Origin: Methanobacteriota archaeon
GTDB taxonomy: Archaea > Thermoplasmatota > E2 > DHVEG-1
Direction: 5' to 3'
DNA length: 64,000 nt
NCBI GenBank assembly: GCA_963769885.1
Contig: CAVYNH010000007.1
Location: forward strand, 416,001 to 480,000
The notes beneath the pieces are model-generated. The model was not told where the DNA came from. It searched no databases and saw only the letters and a list, made by a program, of their open reading frames with translations. The position numbers were made by a program, and so were the translations under genes. This document shows, in pieces, positions 19,638 through 29,187 of this stretch (its first letter is position 1; each line of letters begins with the position of its first letter).

Positions 19638-21019
19638 GCGTGCAGAAGACGAAGCATCCGATGCCGCAGCAGCGGCCGGAGGAACGGATCCATAACTTCC
19701 GGGAAGTCCCACTCGGATACGAACGAGATGTCGCAATCGCAGAGGCAAAACGCTGCCTGCAATGCAAGAACCGCCCGTGCATGAAAGGCTGCCCCGTCGA
19801 AATCGACATCCCCGGGTTCCTCCACTGCATCACGCTCGGTAAGTTCGAGAAGGCCGCGGAAATCATCCGGGCCAAGAACAACCTGCCGGCGGTCTCTGGC
19901 CGGGTTTGCCCGTATGAGGATCAATGCGAAGGAGAATGCACATTGAAGAAGGCAGGGGAGCCGGTCGGCATCGGGCGGCTCGAGAGGTTCATTGCGGATT
20001 ATGAGCGGACGAAGGGGGCCGTGGTGCCGCCGCGGCCGCCATCGAACGGGAGACGGGTTGCGGTCGTCGGCTCAGGGCCGGCAGGATTGACGTGCGCGGG
20101 AGATCTCGCAAAGATGGGCTACGAAGTTGTCGTCTTTGAGGCACTGCATGCCCCAGGCGGGGTCCTTATGTACGGCATCCCGGAGTTCCGGCTGCCGAAG
20201 GCTATCGTCCATTCCGAGGTCGATTATATCAAGAAGTTGGGCGTCCAGATCGACTATGATATGGTCGTCGGCAAGTCCATCACCGTCCCGGAACTACTGC
20301 AGGAGTTCGATGCGGTGTTCCTGGGAACCGGGGCTGGATTGCCGAACTGGTTGAACATCCCTGGTGAGAATCTGGATGGGGTATATTCAGCGAACGAGTT
20401 TCTGACGCGGGTGAATATGATGAGGGCATACGAGTTCCCTCGGTCGGATACCCCGGTGAAGATCGGCCGGATCGTGGCGACATTTGGCGCAGGCAACGTC
20501 GCAATGGACTGCGCGCGGACCGCGCTACGGCTAGGAGCAGAAAAGTCCTATATTCTGTACCGGCGGACAGAGGCGGAGATGCCGGCGCGGGTGGAGGAGA
20601 TTGAGCACGCGAAAGAAGAAGGCGTAGTCTTTAGGCTCTTGACCAACCCTGTCCGATTCATTGGGACGGAGAAAGGACTCCTCAAATCAGTCGAGTTTTT
20701 GAAAATGAAGCTCGGGGAGCCTGATGAGTCTGGTCGGCGTCGTCCCGTGCCGATTCCCGGCTCGGAGGAGATTTTGGATATCGACACCGCGGTGGTGGCG
20801 ATCGGGCAGAGTCCGAACCCGCTCGTCCCGCGATCCCTACCTGGTCTGAAGCTAGGGAAGCACGGGAATATCATCACGGATGAGGATGGCCGGACGTCAA
20901 TCCCTGGCGTGTTCGCGGGTGGTGACATCGCGACCGGGGCGGCGACCGTGATCCTGGCGATGGGGGCGGGAAAGAAGGCCGCCCGAGCAATCGACCAGTA
21001 CATCAAGGAGAAAAAATAG
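19634..21019 (+). CDS. nfnB: NfnB / SudA (glutamate synthase small-subunit homolog)
   Basis: EAKRCLQC..PC..GCPV, GRVCPYEDQCE, GSGPAGL, YGIPEFRLPK, GAGNVAMD, FAGGDIATGAATVILAMGAG; ATGA overlap with nfnA. Confidence 0.93.
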   Translation: MSVQKTKHPMPQQRPEERIHNFREVPLGYERDVAIAEAKRCLQCKNRPCMKGCPVEIDIPGFLHCITLGKFEKAAEIIRAKNNLPAVSGRVCPYEDQCEGECTLKKAGEPVGIGRLERFIADYERTKGAVVPPRPPSNGRRVAVVGSGPAGLTCAGDLAKMGYEVVVFEALHAPGGVLMYGIPEFRLPKAIVHSEVDYIKKLGVQIDYDMVVGKSITVPELLQEFDAVFLGTGAGLPNWLNIPGENLDGVYSANEFLTRVNMMRAYEFPRSDTPVKIGRIVATFGAGNVAMDCARTALRLGAEKSYILYRRTEAEMPARVEEIEHAKEEGVVFRLLTNPVRFIGTEKGLLKSVEFLKMKLGEPDESGRRRPVPIPGSEEILDIDTAVVAIGQSPNPLVPRSLPGLKLGKHGNIITDEDGRTSIPGVFAGGDIATGAATVILAMGAGKKAARAIDQYIKEKK

Positions 21020-21030
21020 GAGTTTTTTTC

Positions 21031-22054
21031 TTAGGTCGGCGGGGCTGGTTTCAGGAACCGTTGGAATTTGAATTCACAGTTGGACTGGATCTGGGAGCCG
21101 ATGAGGTAGCCGCCGATGAGGTAGACAGCGAGGAGGAGGATGGGGATAACGCCGGTTTTCCCATAGATCGTGGAGTAGGCGAGGATTCCAGCGAAGGTGA
21201 CGTCTAGCAGGATCGTCGTGCGGTGGTCTAGGGGTTTTTCTTTGGTGGCGAACCGGTACATGATGAAGGCTTGGGTGGTGATGCCATATATGAGGACGAA
21301 GACGAGGTAGGCGTAGTTCCAGGTGATGACGAAAGCGGAGAGAGCGCAGAGGAGGAAGCCGATCTTGAGGGCAACGCCGTAGAGGAAGTAGGGGTGCTTG
21401 ACTGTGAGTTTTTGGTTGTTGCGCACACCGGTGAGGACGGCGATGCTGCGGACGCCGGCATAGCGGTCCGCGTCCGCGTCTTTGAGTCCGTTTTCCCATT
21501 GGGCGAAGGCGGTGGCGGCGAAGACGACGGCGCCGATGAAGATCCAGGTGTAGACCGTGGGGTTACCGCCGACGGCATAGACGCCGAAGAGGACGAGGAA
21601 GCCGTAGGAGATGGAGAAGGAGAAGTCGTAAGAGAGGGGGACTTTTTTGCCGCGCCAGCCGTACCAGATGAGGAAGCCGTATGAGGGGATGAAGCAGAAG
21701 AAGGCGAGCAGCACGGACGTGAGATTGACTTTCAGGGGAAGGATTCCGATGAGGAGGATGCAGGAGGCGGTGCCAGCGTAGACGAAGCTGAGGGCCTCTT
21801 TTTTGGAGAGGATACCGGCGGAGACGGGGTTGCGGGAGGGGACGTAGGTCTGGGCATCGAGTATGACGTCGCCGATGGCGATATAGGTGTTCAGCGCCAT
21901 GTGCGCCATGATCGCCAGAAGGGTAAAGAAGATGAGATGGTACCAGGAAACGGGGGCGGTGGAGGTTAAGGCGCCGACGATGGCGATGGAGCCGGTGGTG
22001 GTGATGCCTTGGGTGCGGCCGATATCGGCGAATGCCTGGTATCTTGTTCAGCAT
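21031..22054 (-). CDS. UbiA-family prenyltransferase with a +1 frameshift after codon 3-4 (sequencing error or pseudogene)
   Basis: Removing one base from ATG CTG AAC AAG A TAC gives MLN(R/K)YQAFADIGRTQG..., in frame with the 21031-21909 ORF. Motifs: RNPVSAGILS, NGLKDADADRYAGVRS; multiple TM helices. Confidence 0.75.
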
Positions 22055-22144
22055 CCTACAAAAACATGGGTTCATCGTATAAAAAACCATTGGGTCGGGA
22101 ACGATGACTATTTATGGCTGTTATGGGTTCCGGAGTCTGGAGAT

Positions 22145-23161
22145 ATGCTTCGGGACTATCTGGAGATTAGCCGGTTTTTCAACATGGGTCTAACCGGCGT
22201 GGCCCCTGTTCTGGGTGCATTCAGCATGTATCCTGGGGCACTTTCCCTGTGGCAATATGGGATATTGTTCTTTATCGGGTGCATGGCGCACACCTATGGG
22301 TTCGTCCTCAACGATGTCTTTGACGTCAAGATCGATATGCTCTCCAAGGATCTGACGCGCCGGCCGCTGGTTAGTGGTAGCATCACGCGGCGTCAGGCGA
22401 CGGCGTTCGCGCTCGTCTGCTTGCTCCTTTCCTTTGTGCTGACGGTGTTCTTCTACACGTCGCTATCGCGACAATTCGCGTTATTAATAGACTTGACGCT
22501 TGCCTTTGCTCTTGCAACTTTATACAATATCCTGAGCAAGCGGTATCCCGGGATGGACATCTTCGTGGCGGCTGCGATCTTCTTCTTGATTTTGTTTGGC
22601 GCCGCGTCGGTCGGAAAGGTGATGGACAGGCCACTGGCGTGGATGGTGGCACTCATCGGCGGCCTGCAAGTCCTATTCATGAACATGATCAACGGCGCAA
22701 TCAAGGACATCGACCATGACAAGGACGGGAAGGCGCGGACGATCGCCATCTGGATGGGCGCGAAGGTCCACGCGGGGGTCATCGCCCTGCCGCTGTCGTT
22801 CAAGACCACTGGGTATCTCATCGAGGTTGCTCGGACGCTGCTTGTGTTTGCTCCCTTGGTATTCTTCTTCCAGCCGCTGGACCGCTGGCCAATCTCAATG
22901 TGGGTAATGCTGCCGGTCCTTGGGCTCTTCACAGTGCTGACGTTTGTGTCTATCTATCGACTATATTCCATCAAGACCTTTGACCGGGCGAAGATCCGCC
23001 GGGGCATCGGCATCACCGTCATCTGCATGTACGCGACGACGCCGATCATGCTGAGCTACCTGAATCCCTGGTTCCTCATCGCGGCGTTGATCCCGCCGGT
23101 ATGGTTCCTGTTCAGCAACATATGCTTGCACAATACGTTCCTTGAGCCCAAGACCATGTGA
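22145..23161 (+). CDS. UbiA-family prenyltransferase (DGGGP-synthase-like motifs)
   Basis: MLRDYLEISR start, NDVFDVKID and RRPLVSGSI motif 1, IKDIDHDKDGKARTI motif 2, multiple TM helices. Confidence 0.88.
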   Translation: MLRDYLEISRFFNMGLTGVAPVLGAFSMYPGALSLWQYGILFFIGCMAHTYGFVLNDVFDVKIDMLSKDLTRRPLVSGSITRRQATAFALVCLLLSFVLTVFFYTSLSRQFALLIDLTLAFALATLYNILSKRYPGMDIFVAAAIFFLILFGAASVGKVMDRPLAWMVALIGGLQVLFMNMINGAIKDIDHDKDGKARTIAIWMGAKVHAGVIALPLSFKTTGYLIEVARTLLVFAPLVFFFQPLDRWPISMWVMLPVLGLFTVLTFVSIYRLYSIKTFDRAKIRRGIGITVICMYATTPIMLSYLNPWFLIAALIPPVWFLFSNICLHNTFLEPKTM

Positions 23162-23185
23162 TAAAAAAAGGTCCGTGGGTTTTGC

Positions 23186-24805
23186 TTAGGCTTTTTTCTT
23201 GGCTGCCTTGACGAGTCCGTCGAAGAGGGGCGCGGGTTTCATCGGTCGGGATTTGAACTCCGGGTGGGCCTGCGTGCCGACGAAATAGGGATGGCCGGGC
23301 AATTCCATGAACTCCATGAGGATCCCGTCCGGGGACCGCCCACTGAATTTGAGGCCATGCTGCTCGATCGTCTCGACGTATGCCGGGTTGACCTCGTAGC
23401 GGTGGCGGTGCCGCTCCGAGACTTTGGTCTCGCCGTACAGCTTGGCGATGAGAGAGTCCTTCTGGAGGTTCGCAGGATAGGCGCCCAGCCTCATGGTCGC
23501 GCCATACCGAGAATCCCGGATGATTTTCACCTGCTCAGGGATGAAATCGATTACGGGGAAGGGTGTGTCTTTCTCTACCTCAGAGGAATTCGCACCCTTC
23601 ATCCCGCAGACGTCTCTGGCGTATTCGACGACCGCAAGCTGCATGCCGAGGCAGAGACCGAGGTACGGGATGTTGTGCTCACGGACATATTTGATGGCCG
23701 CAATCTTGCCCTCGATGCCGGAGAGGCCGAACCCGCCGGGGACGATGATGCCGTTGAAGCTGCCCAGGAATTTGAGTCGGGCGGGTTTCTGCTCGAAGAG
23801 CTTGGAGTCGATCCATTCGATCTTCGGTTTGCACTTGTTGTTCCAGGCTGCGTGCTTGACGGCTTCGATGACCGAGATGTAGGAGTCTGAGAGTTTGAAG
23901 GCGCCGATGTCGAAGTATTTGCCGACGATCCCGATCTTGATTTTGTTGTCGTACGTCTTGATTCGGTTGATGTATGTCTTCCAGGTTTTTAGATCGATAG
24001 CTTCTTTGCGCCGCCCCAGTTTCTTGAGAATCTTCTTGCAGAGCTGCTGCTCCTCAAACAGCAGCGGGACCGCGTAGACATTGTTGATGTCAGAGTCGGA
24101 GATGACATCCTCGGCGCTGACGTTACAGAATAAGGCGATCTTCTCTTTGCGGACGTCGTCGATGGGCTTCTCCGAGCGGGCGACGATGAAGTCCGGCTGA
24201 ATCCCGATCTCGCGGAGCAGCTTGACGGAATGCTGCGTTGGCTTGGTCTTCGCCTCACCCAAAGACCCGAGGACTGGGACGTAGGTGACATGGACGTAAA
24301 GGACCTTTTCCCCCTCGTGCTTCATCTGCCGGACGGCTTCGAGGAAGAGGACGTTTTCGTAGTCGCCGACCGTGCCGCCGATCTCGACCATGACGAAATC
24401 GTAGCCATTATCGGTAGCAGGCTGGCGGATCCGGGCCTTGATCTCGTCGGTGACGTGCGGGATGGGCTGGACGGTCTTGCCGAGGTATTTGCCGCTGCGT
24501 TCCTTGTCGATGACCGCGCCGTAGACCTGGCCGGTGGTGATGTTCTGGCATTTGGGGATGTTCACATCCAGGAACCGCTCGTAGTGCCCGAGGTCTTGGT
24601 CGATCTCCCCGCCGTCCTCGGTGACCCAGACCTCGCCGTGCTCCGTCGGCCGCAGGGTGCCGGCGTCGCAGTTGATGTAGGGGTCGATCTTGATCGCGGT
24701 GACCTTGTAGCCATGAAGTTTGAGAATCTTCCCGATAGAGGCGGTGGTTATCCCCTTTCCTAGCCCAGAAATGACGCCCCCTGTAACAATAATATAATTT
24801 ACCAT
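23186..24805 (-). CDS. pyrG: CTP synthase
   Basis: IIVTGGVISGLGKG, KIDPYIN, EIGGTVGD, KTKPTQHSV, GLCLGMQ, ERHRHRYEVN, QAHPEFKSRP. Confidence 0.98.
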   Translation of the reverse strand: MVNYIIVTGGVISGLGKGITTASIGKILKLHGYKVTAIKIDPYINCDAGTLRPTEHGEVWVTEDGGEIDQDLGHYERFLDVNIPKCQNITTGQVYGAVIDKERSGKYLGKTVQPIPHVTDEIKARIRQPATDNGYDFVMVEIGGTVGDYENVLFLEAVRQMKHEGEKVLYVHVTYVPVLGSLGEAKTKPTQHSVKLLREIGIQPDFIVARSEKPIDDVRKEKIALFCNVSAEDVISDSDINNVYAVPLLFEEQQLCKKILKKLGRRKEAIDLKTWKTYINRIKTYDNKIKIGIVGKYFDIGAFKLSDSYISVIEAVKHAAWNNKCKPKIEWIDSKLFEQKPARLKFLGSFNGIIVPGGFGLSGIEGKIAAIKYVREHNIPYLGLCLGMQLAVVEYARDVCGMKGANSSEVEKDTPFPVIDFIPEQVKIIRDSRYGATMRLGAYPANLQKDSLIAKLYGETKVSERHRHRYEVNPAYVETIEQHGLKFSGRSPDGILMEFMELPGHPYFVGTQAHPEFKSRPMKPAPLFDGLVKAAKKKA

Positions 24806-24868
24806 CCCGATCAACTGCAGCTGAGAATCAGTTCACTCATTTAAACCATTTCGCTTCTGTACAAAGCA

Positions 24869-25045
24869 TTAGGCTGGTGCGACGATGCTATAGAAGATGA
24901 TCCCCGCGCCGATCCAGATGATAATGAGGAACAGAATCCAGACGTTGAAGAAAGCGACTGCGAGGACGGCGATGAGAGCGGCCCAGGGGAGGATAAGCAG
25001 CAGCAAGATTTGTAGGATTTTCTTGACGAGGTCTGACAATTCCAT
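24869..25045 (-). CDS. Small two-TM membrane protein
   Basis: MELSDLVKKILQILLLLILPW..., two hydrophobic stretches, co-oriented with its neighbours. Confidence 0.6.
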   Translation of the reverse strand: MELSDLVKKILQILLLLILPWAALIAVLAVAFFNVWILFLIIIWIGAGIIFYSIVAPA

Positions 25046-25095
25046 AGACGCATCCGGCCTGAACGGTTTTTTGGCGTTATCAAACACGTATTATA

Positions 25096-25863
25096 TTAAG
25101 TTGTTTGAGCAAGATCGGCGATTGTCCCCAGGGCGGTGCCGTCCAGAAGGTAAACTTCGGCGCGGCTGGTGTCAAGCAGCGAGGGGACCGGGCCGAGGAG
25201 CGGATCTTTGTTGACCGGGATGCCGCCGCACAAAGGGTTGAATGCAGGCAGGATAACGAGCTGCTCACAGGCGGTTTCAGAGGTCCTTTCTTTCACTTTT
25301 TCAATGAGACAGGGACCACGAAGCCAACAGGGCTCGATGCTCTTATAACCGAGGCGATCAGTGAATTGGACAATGGGATGGGTGTGGGCGATAATGAGCC
25401 GCTGGCAGGTGAAGAGCTCGGCGCTGGGCCAGCGATGTCCGTGGAGCAGGCCGGTGTCGTCAAGGATGATGCCGCTGGAGGGATGGATCTGGACGGCGGG
25501 GGAAGCGAGGCGGTCGATGTTGCCGTCGTGGTTGCCGGGGAGGATGTGGACCGTGGCTTTCGCGGTGAGGCGTTCGAGGAAAAAGCGGACGTCGGTCCGT
25601 TCTTGGATCGTGGAGGTCGGGATGTTGTGTTTGACGTCGCCGAGGAGGTAGATATCCTGGATGTGATACGTGGTGATGAGGGCGTGGAGTCTGGCCTCCA
25701 TCATGCAGGTCTGCGAGGGGACGCTGAGGCCGGCGTCGCGCAGTTCCTGTTCGATACCGATGTGGAGGTCCGCGACGACCATCGCAGATTGGTCGCCGAG
25801 CAGCAGGGCTGCCTCGTTGGGCGCTGGCTGGATGGTTGTTTGCGATGTTCCCTGAGGGAACAT
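25096..25863 (-). CDS. Metallophosphoesterase (MJ0037/SbcD-like nuclease family)
   Basis: VADLHIGIE, LGDVKH, PGNHDG, LHGH, AHTHP, LPAFNPL motifs. Confidence 0.9.
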   Translation of the reverse strand: MFPQGTSQTTIQPAPNEAALLLGDQSAMVVADLHIGIEQELRDAGLSVPSQTCMMEARLHALITTYHIQDIYLLGDVKHNIPTSTIQERTDVRFFLERLTAKATVHILPGNHDGNIDRLASPAVQIHPSSGIILDDTGLLHGHRWPSAELFTCQRLIIAHTHPIVQFTDRLGYKSIEPCWLRGPCLIEKVKERTSETACEQLVILPAFNPLCGGIPVNKDPLLGPVPSLLDTSRAEVYLLDGTALGTIADLAQTT

Positions 25864-26093
25864 CCGTTGTCGAGGGAGCGGCACTGCCGTCTTCTTCCTT
25901 GTATCTGCACGCTGTCTGCGTGGTCGTCGAGGGTCGTGAGAAGGTGCGTGTTCCGTCAGTACAATCACCCGGTGTCTTCGAGGCAGAGCCAGGAGAGCCG
26001 TGTTTTTGAAGGTTTCGGTTCATGGTTTTTTGCTTTTTCGCCGAGGTTGTGAGAAAAGTGTTTTATCCTGTATTGCGTTGCAGAGGGGCAAGG

Positions 26094-26396
26094 ATGGTTT
26101 GCATGAGAGAGCGAACTGACTTAAGTGGGTATGTGAAGACGACGGAGAAGGCGTTCCGTAAAATCGCGCAGGAGAAGCAGGGACGCATCGATCAGACCGC
26201 GCTGTGGATGAAGAAGTACCTCTATGCGGAGTGGCCGCAGGACCCGGCGGCGAAGGAGACCGCGATTAAGAACAAGATTATCCCGATTCTATCGTTGCCG
26301 GAGTGCGAAGATCAGGCGTTCACGGCATGGGTCTTGTTTCAGATGGCGAGCGACCTGGTGGAGCATCTGCCGGTGACGCCCATCTGGAAGCAGTGA
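26094..26396 (+). CDS. Hypothetical protein
   Basis: Plausible helical globular composition; fills the gap between a divergent and a convergent gene. Confidence 0.55.
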   Translation: MVCMRERTDLSGYVKTTEKAFRKIAQEKQGRIDQTALWMKKYLYAEWPQDPAAKETAIKNKIIPILSLPECEDQAFTAWVLFQMASDLVEHLPVTPIWKQ

Positions 26397-26435
26397 GTGG
26401 ATTAATAAAACGCTCATTCCAAATTCGTGAATTTT

Positions 26436-27905
26436 CTAGAGGTACTTGCGCAGGATCGTCGGGATCTCCTCAACGAGGTCGGACGCCAACAGCCCATAGG
26501 ACTTCTTGGCGAACACCTCGTTACCCGCGGCCCCATTCAAAAACAAGCCGGCCCGCGCCGCCTCAAACGGCGAGGCCCCCTTCGACATCAACGCCGCGAT
26601 AATCCCCGTGAGGACATCGCCGGTCCCGCCCACACTCATGCCGACGTTATGGACCCGGTTAAGCTTCGTGGACGTCCCATCGCTGACGATGTCTGTCGGC
26701 CCCTTTAAACAAATCGTAACCCCGAGTTTCTTCGCCTGTGCTTGCACCCGCTCGACCCGACTCGACACCTCTACCGGGAGAATCTCCCCGGTGAGCTTCG
26801 TGAACTCACCGGCATGCGGCGTGGCGACCAACGGACCATGAGCAGCTGGAAGGAGGTCCCGCAGGACAGCAATCGCGTCGGCGTCCACGACCAGCGGGAC
26901 TTTGTGCTTGAACAGCTCCTGGAACAAACCGGCGACGGCTTTCATGGTCTGTGGATGAGACCCAAGCCCCGGGCCGACCGCAACAGTGGTCGCCCTGGGG
27001 ACGAGCTCCATAATCGTGGGGAGATCCTCGGGGACTAGCATGTCGCTGCCGAGGTCGTGGACGATGAGATTAGGCGAAAACGAGGCCACCACCTGCCATG
27101 CTCTCCTGGGGGTGGCGACGAAGGCGAGGTCGGCTCCCGTCCGGAGCGCGGCGAGGCTGGTGAGCGCGGGGGCGCCGGTGTAGGGGCCGCCGCTGATGAC
27201 GAGGACTACGCCGTTGTCCCCTTTATGAGAAGTGGGTTTCGGCCGCGGGTAGTACACGTTCAGGTCGCCTGGCCCGGCATAGGCGTTGGCATCAGCAGGG
27301 ATGCCAATATCGACGACCTGGATGATGCCGCTGTTCTTCGGGGTCATGCCTTCTTTGGCGTCGTGGAAGGTGACGGTGGCGCGGGCGGCGACCGCAAGCG
27401 AGGTCCCAAGGCCGCTGGGAACATCCACAGACACGACGGCGGGGTGACGGGCGGCGTTAATGCTCTTCACGACGGCGGCGAACGGCTCACGCAGTTCCCC
27501 CGCAAGGCCCACACCGAGGAGTGCGTCAATGATGACATCAGCATCCTTGATGAGCCCTGCAACGGCCGCTGGATCCTTAATGATGGTCGCCGAGGTGCGG
27601 GTGAGTTTGTCATAGGTGGCTCGGGTAAGGGGCGATTGTTTTTCGGTCAGGAGAGGCAGGACCGTGACCTTGTGGTGAGCGGTGAGGAGCTGTGCGGCGA
27701 CGAAGCCGTCGCCGCCGTTGTTGCCGGGCCCGCAGACAGCGAGGATCTTTCGCGCCTTCGGAAACGTGGTTTGAATGAAATCGGCGACGGCACGCCCCGC
27801 GTTCTCCATGAGGTCGCTGGTGGGGACGCCGATGTACGCCGCATTCTGGTCGAGGATATGGACATCCCGGGGGGTCAACATACGAAATCTGGTTAACTCA
27901 CTCAT
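26436..27905 (-). CDS. nnr: Bifunctional NAD(P)H-hydrate epimerase/dehydratase (YjeF/Nnr)
   Basis: LMENAGRAV, CGPGNNGGDG, IDALLGVG, SVDVPSG, HKGDNG, GPGLG, VVDADA, TPHAGEF, GGTGDVLTG. Confidence 0.95.
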   Translation of the reverse strand: MSELTRFRMLTPRDVHILDQNAAYIGVPTSDLMENAGRAVADFIQTTFPKARKILAVCGPGNNGGDGFVAAQLLTAHHKVTVLPLLTEKQSPLTRATYDKLTRTSATIIKDPAAVAGLIKDADVIIDALLGVGLAGELREPFAAVVKSINAARHPAVVSVDVPSGLGTSLAVAARATVTFHDAKEGMTPKNSGIIQVVDIGIPADANAYAGPGDLNVYYPRPKPTSHKGDNGVVLVISGGPYTGAPALTSLAALRTGADLAFVATPRRAWQVVASFSPNLIVHDLGSDMLVPEDLPTIMELVPRATTVAVGPGLGSHPQTMKAVAGLFQELFKHKVPLVVDADAIAVLRDLLPAAHGPLVATPHAGEFTKLTGEILPVEVSSRVERVQAQAKKLGVTICLKGPTDIVSDGTSTKLNRVHNVGMSVGGTGDVLTGIIAALMSKGASPFEAARAGLFLNGAAGNEVFAKKSYGLLASDLVEEIPTILRKYL

Positions 27906-28065
27906 TGCCTATATATTTATGTCCGCATGTCGGAAACGACATACAAAAAAACGGAGGAAAATAAGGAAGGCAGCGTTCCATCTGGGAAAAACGCTTGGGT
28001 GGACAAACCTCAAATAAGTTGACTGCATTCTCCCACCCAGGAGTTACTGAGAGGAGTCATTTTCT

Positions 28066-28413
28066 ATGATGCCTGGCCGAATCAACCCCCGCCAACTCAA
28101 CCAGATGATGAAACGCATGGGGATCAACGTCAAGACCATCGACAACGTCAAAAAAGTCATCATCCAGACCGACACCAAGGAATACGTCTTCGACGACGCC
28201 GACGTCAGCCTCATGGAGGCCCAAGGCCAAAAGACCTGGCAGATCATCGGCGAACCCACCATCAGACCCCTCCAACCACAAAAACAAGACACCCTCAATG
28301 ACGACATCAAGCTCGTTATGGAGCAGACCGGTAAATCCGCGGACGAAGCGCGCAAGGCCCTCAAAGAAACCAACGGCGATATCGCCGAAGCCATCCTCAA
28401 ACTCAGCCAATAA
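28066..28413 (+). CDS. nac: Archaeal nascent polypeptide-associated complex protein
   Basis: NPRQLNQMMKRMGI N-terminus; C-terminal UBA domain DIKLVMEQTG...ARKALKETNGDIAEAI. Confidence 0.95.
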   Translation: MMPGRINPRQLNQMMKRMGINVKTIDNVKKVIIQTDTKEYVFDDADVSLMEAQGQKTWQIIGEPTIRPLQPQKQDTLNDDIKLVMEQTGKSADEARKALKETNGDIAEAILKLSQ

Positions 28414-28414
28414 G

Positions 28415-28747
28415 ATGCCCGCCTCCCGCCTCATCACCACCACCAGCGACGGCATCCTCCTCAGAATCCACGTTACGCCAGGCGCCACCGCGACCCAGTT
28501 CCCCGCCGGCTACAACCCCTGGCGCCACGACCTTGAAGCACGTCTCCACGCCACCGCACAGGAGAACAAAGCCAACGACGAACTCCTCAAGGTGCTCGCC
28601 AGCTTCTTCCACCTCCGACCGCAAGATTTAAGAATCACCACCGGTCACTCTTCTCGAGAAAAAACCGTACTCCTCCAACACATAAGCCAATCTCAAATCA
28701 TCAAAAAAATCACGGACGCAGGCTATGAACTACCAAGAGACCCTTGA
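28415..28747 (+). CDS. DUF167/YggU family protein
   Basis: LRIHVTPGA, ENKANDELLKVLASFF, ITTGHSSREK. Real start at ATG 28415. Confidence 0.85.
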   Translation: MPASRLITTTSDGILLRIHVTPGATATQFPAGYNPWRHDLEARLHATAQENKANDELLKVLASFFHLRPQDLRITTGHSSREKTVLLQHISQSQIIKKITDAGYELPRDP

Positions 28748-29120
28748 AAACCTCGAAACCACCCTCACCGAACTCATCCACGACAACCACGACATCCCCA
28801 TCATCGTCGAAGGCGACCGCGACGTCCAAGCCCTCAGAAAACTCAACCTCACCGGCCCCATCATCCAATACAACCAAGGCCTCTCCGCCCCCGACTTCTG
28901 CGACCAAATCACCCACAAACACAAAGCCGTCATCCTCCTCACCGACTGGGACCGCCGTGGCGGCCGCCTCCACTTCACCCTCAAACGCCACCTCGAAAAC
29001 CGCGTCACCTGCATCACCAAATACCGCGAGGCTTTCGCCACCCACTGCTCCGTCCGCACCGTCGAAAGCCTCCCTGCATGGCTCACCACCCTCAAAGCCA
29101 AAGCCCTTGCCCAACTCTAA
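28725..29120 (+). CDS. Small TOPRIM-domain protein (UPF0292 / RNase M5-like)
   Basis: IIVEGDRDVQALRKL and ILLTDWDRRG motifs. Confidence 0.88.
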   Translation: MNYQETLENLETTLTELIHDNHDIPIIVEGDRDVQALRKLNLTGPIIQYNQGLSAPDFCDQITHKHKAVILLTDWDRRGGRLHFTLKRHLENRVTCITKYREAFATHCSVRTVESLPAWLTTLKAKALAQL

Positions 29121-29187
29121 ACAAACAGAATACTTTCACCCCACCCGTTCACGCTTAAAAGACACCACCACATTCACTTAGGGGGAG

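Noticed and set aside
19634-21019. Annotation as glutamate synthase (GOGAT)
   Set aside because: No large subunit in the window; pairing with the upstream FAD/2Fe-2S subunit indicates NfnAB/SudAB.
25864-26023. Upstream extensions or ORFs ahead of the MJ0037-like phosphoesterase
   Set aside because: Non-protein-like composition; the conserved domain begins after ATG 25863.
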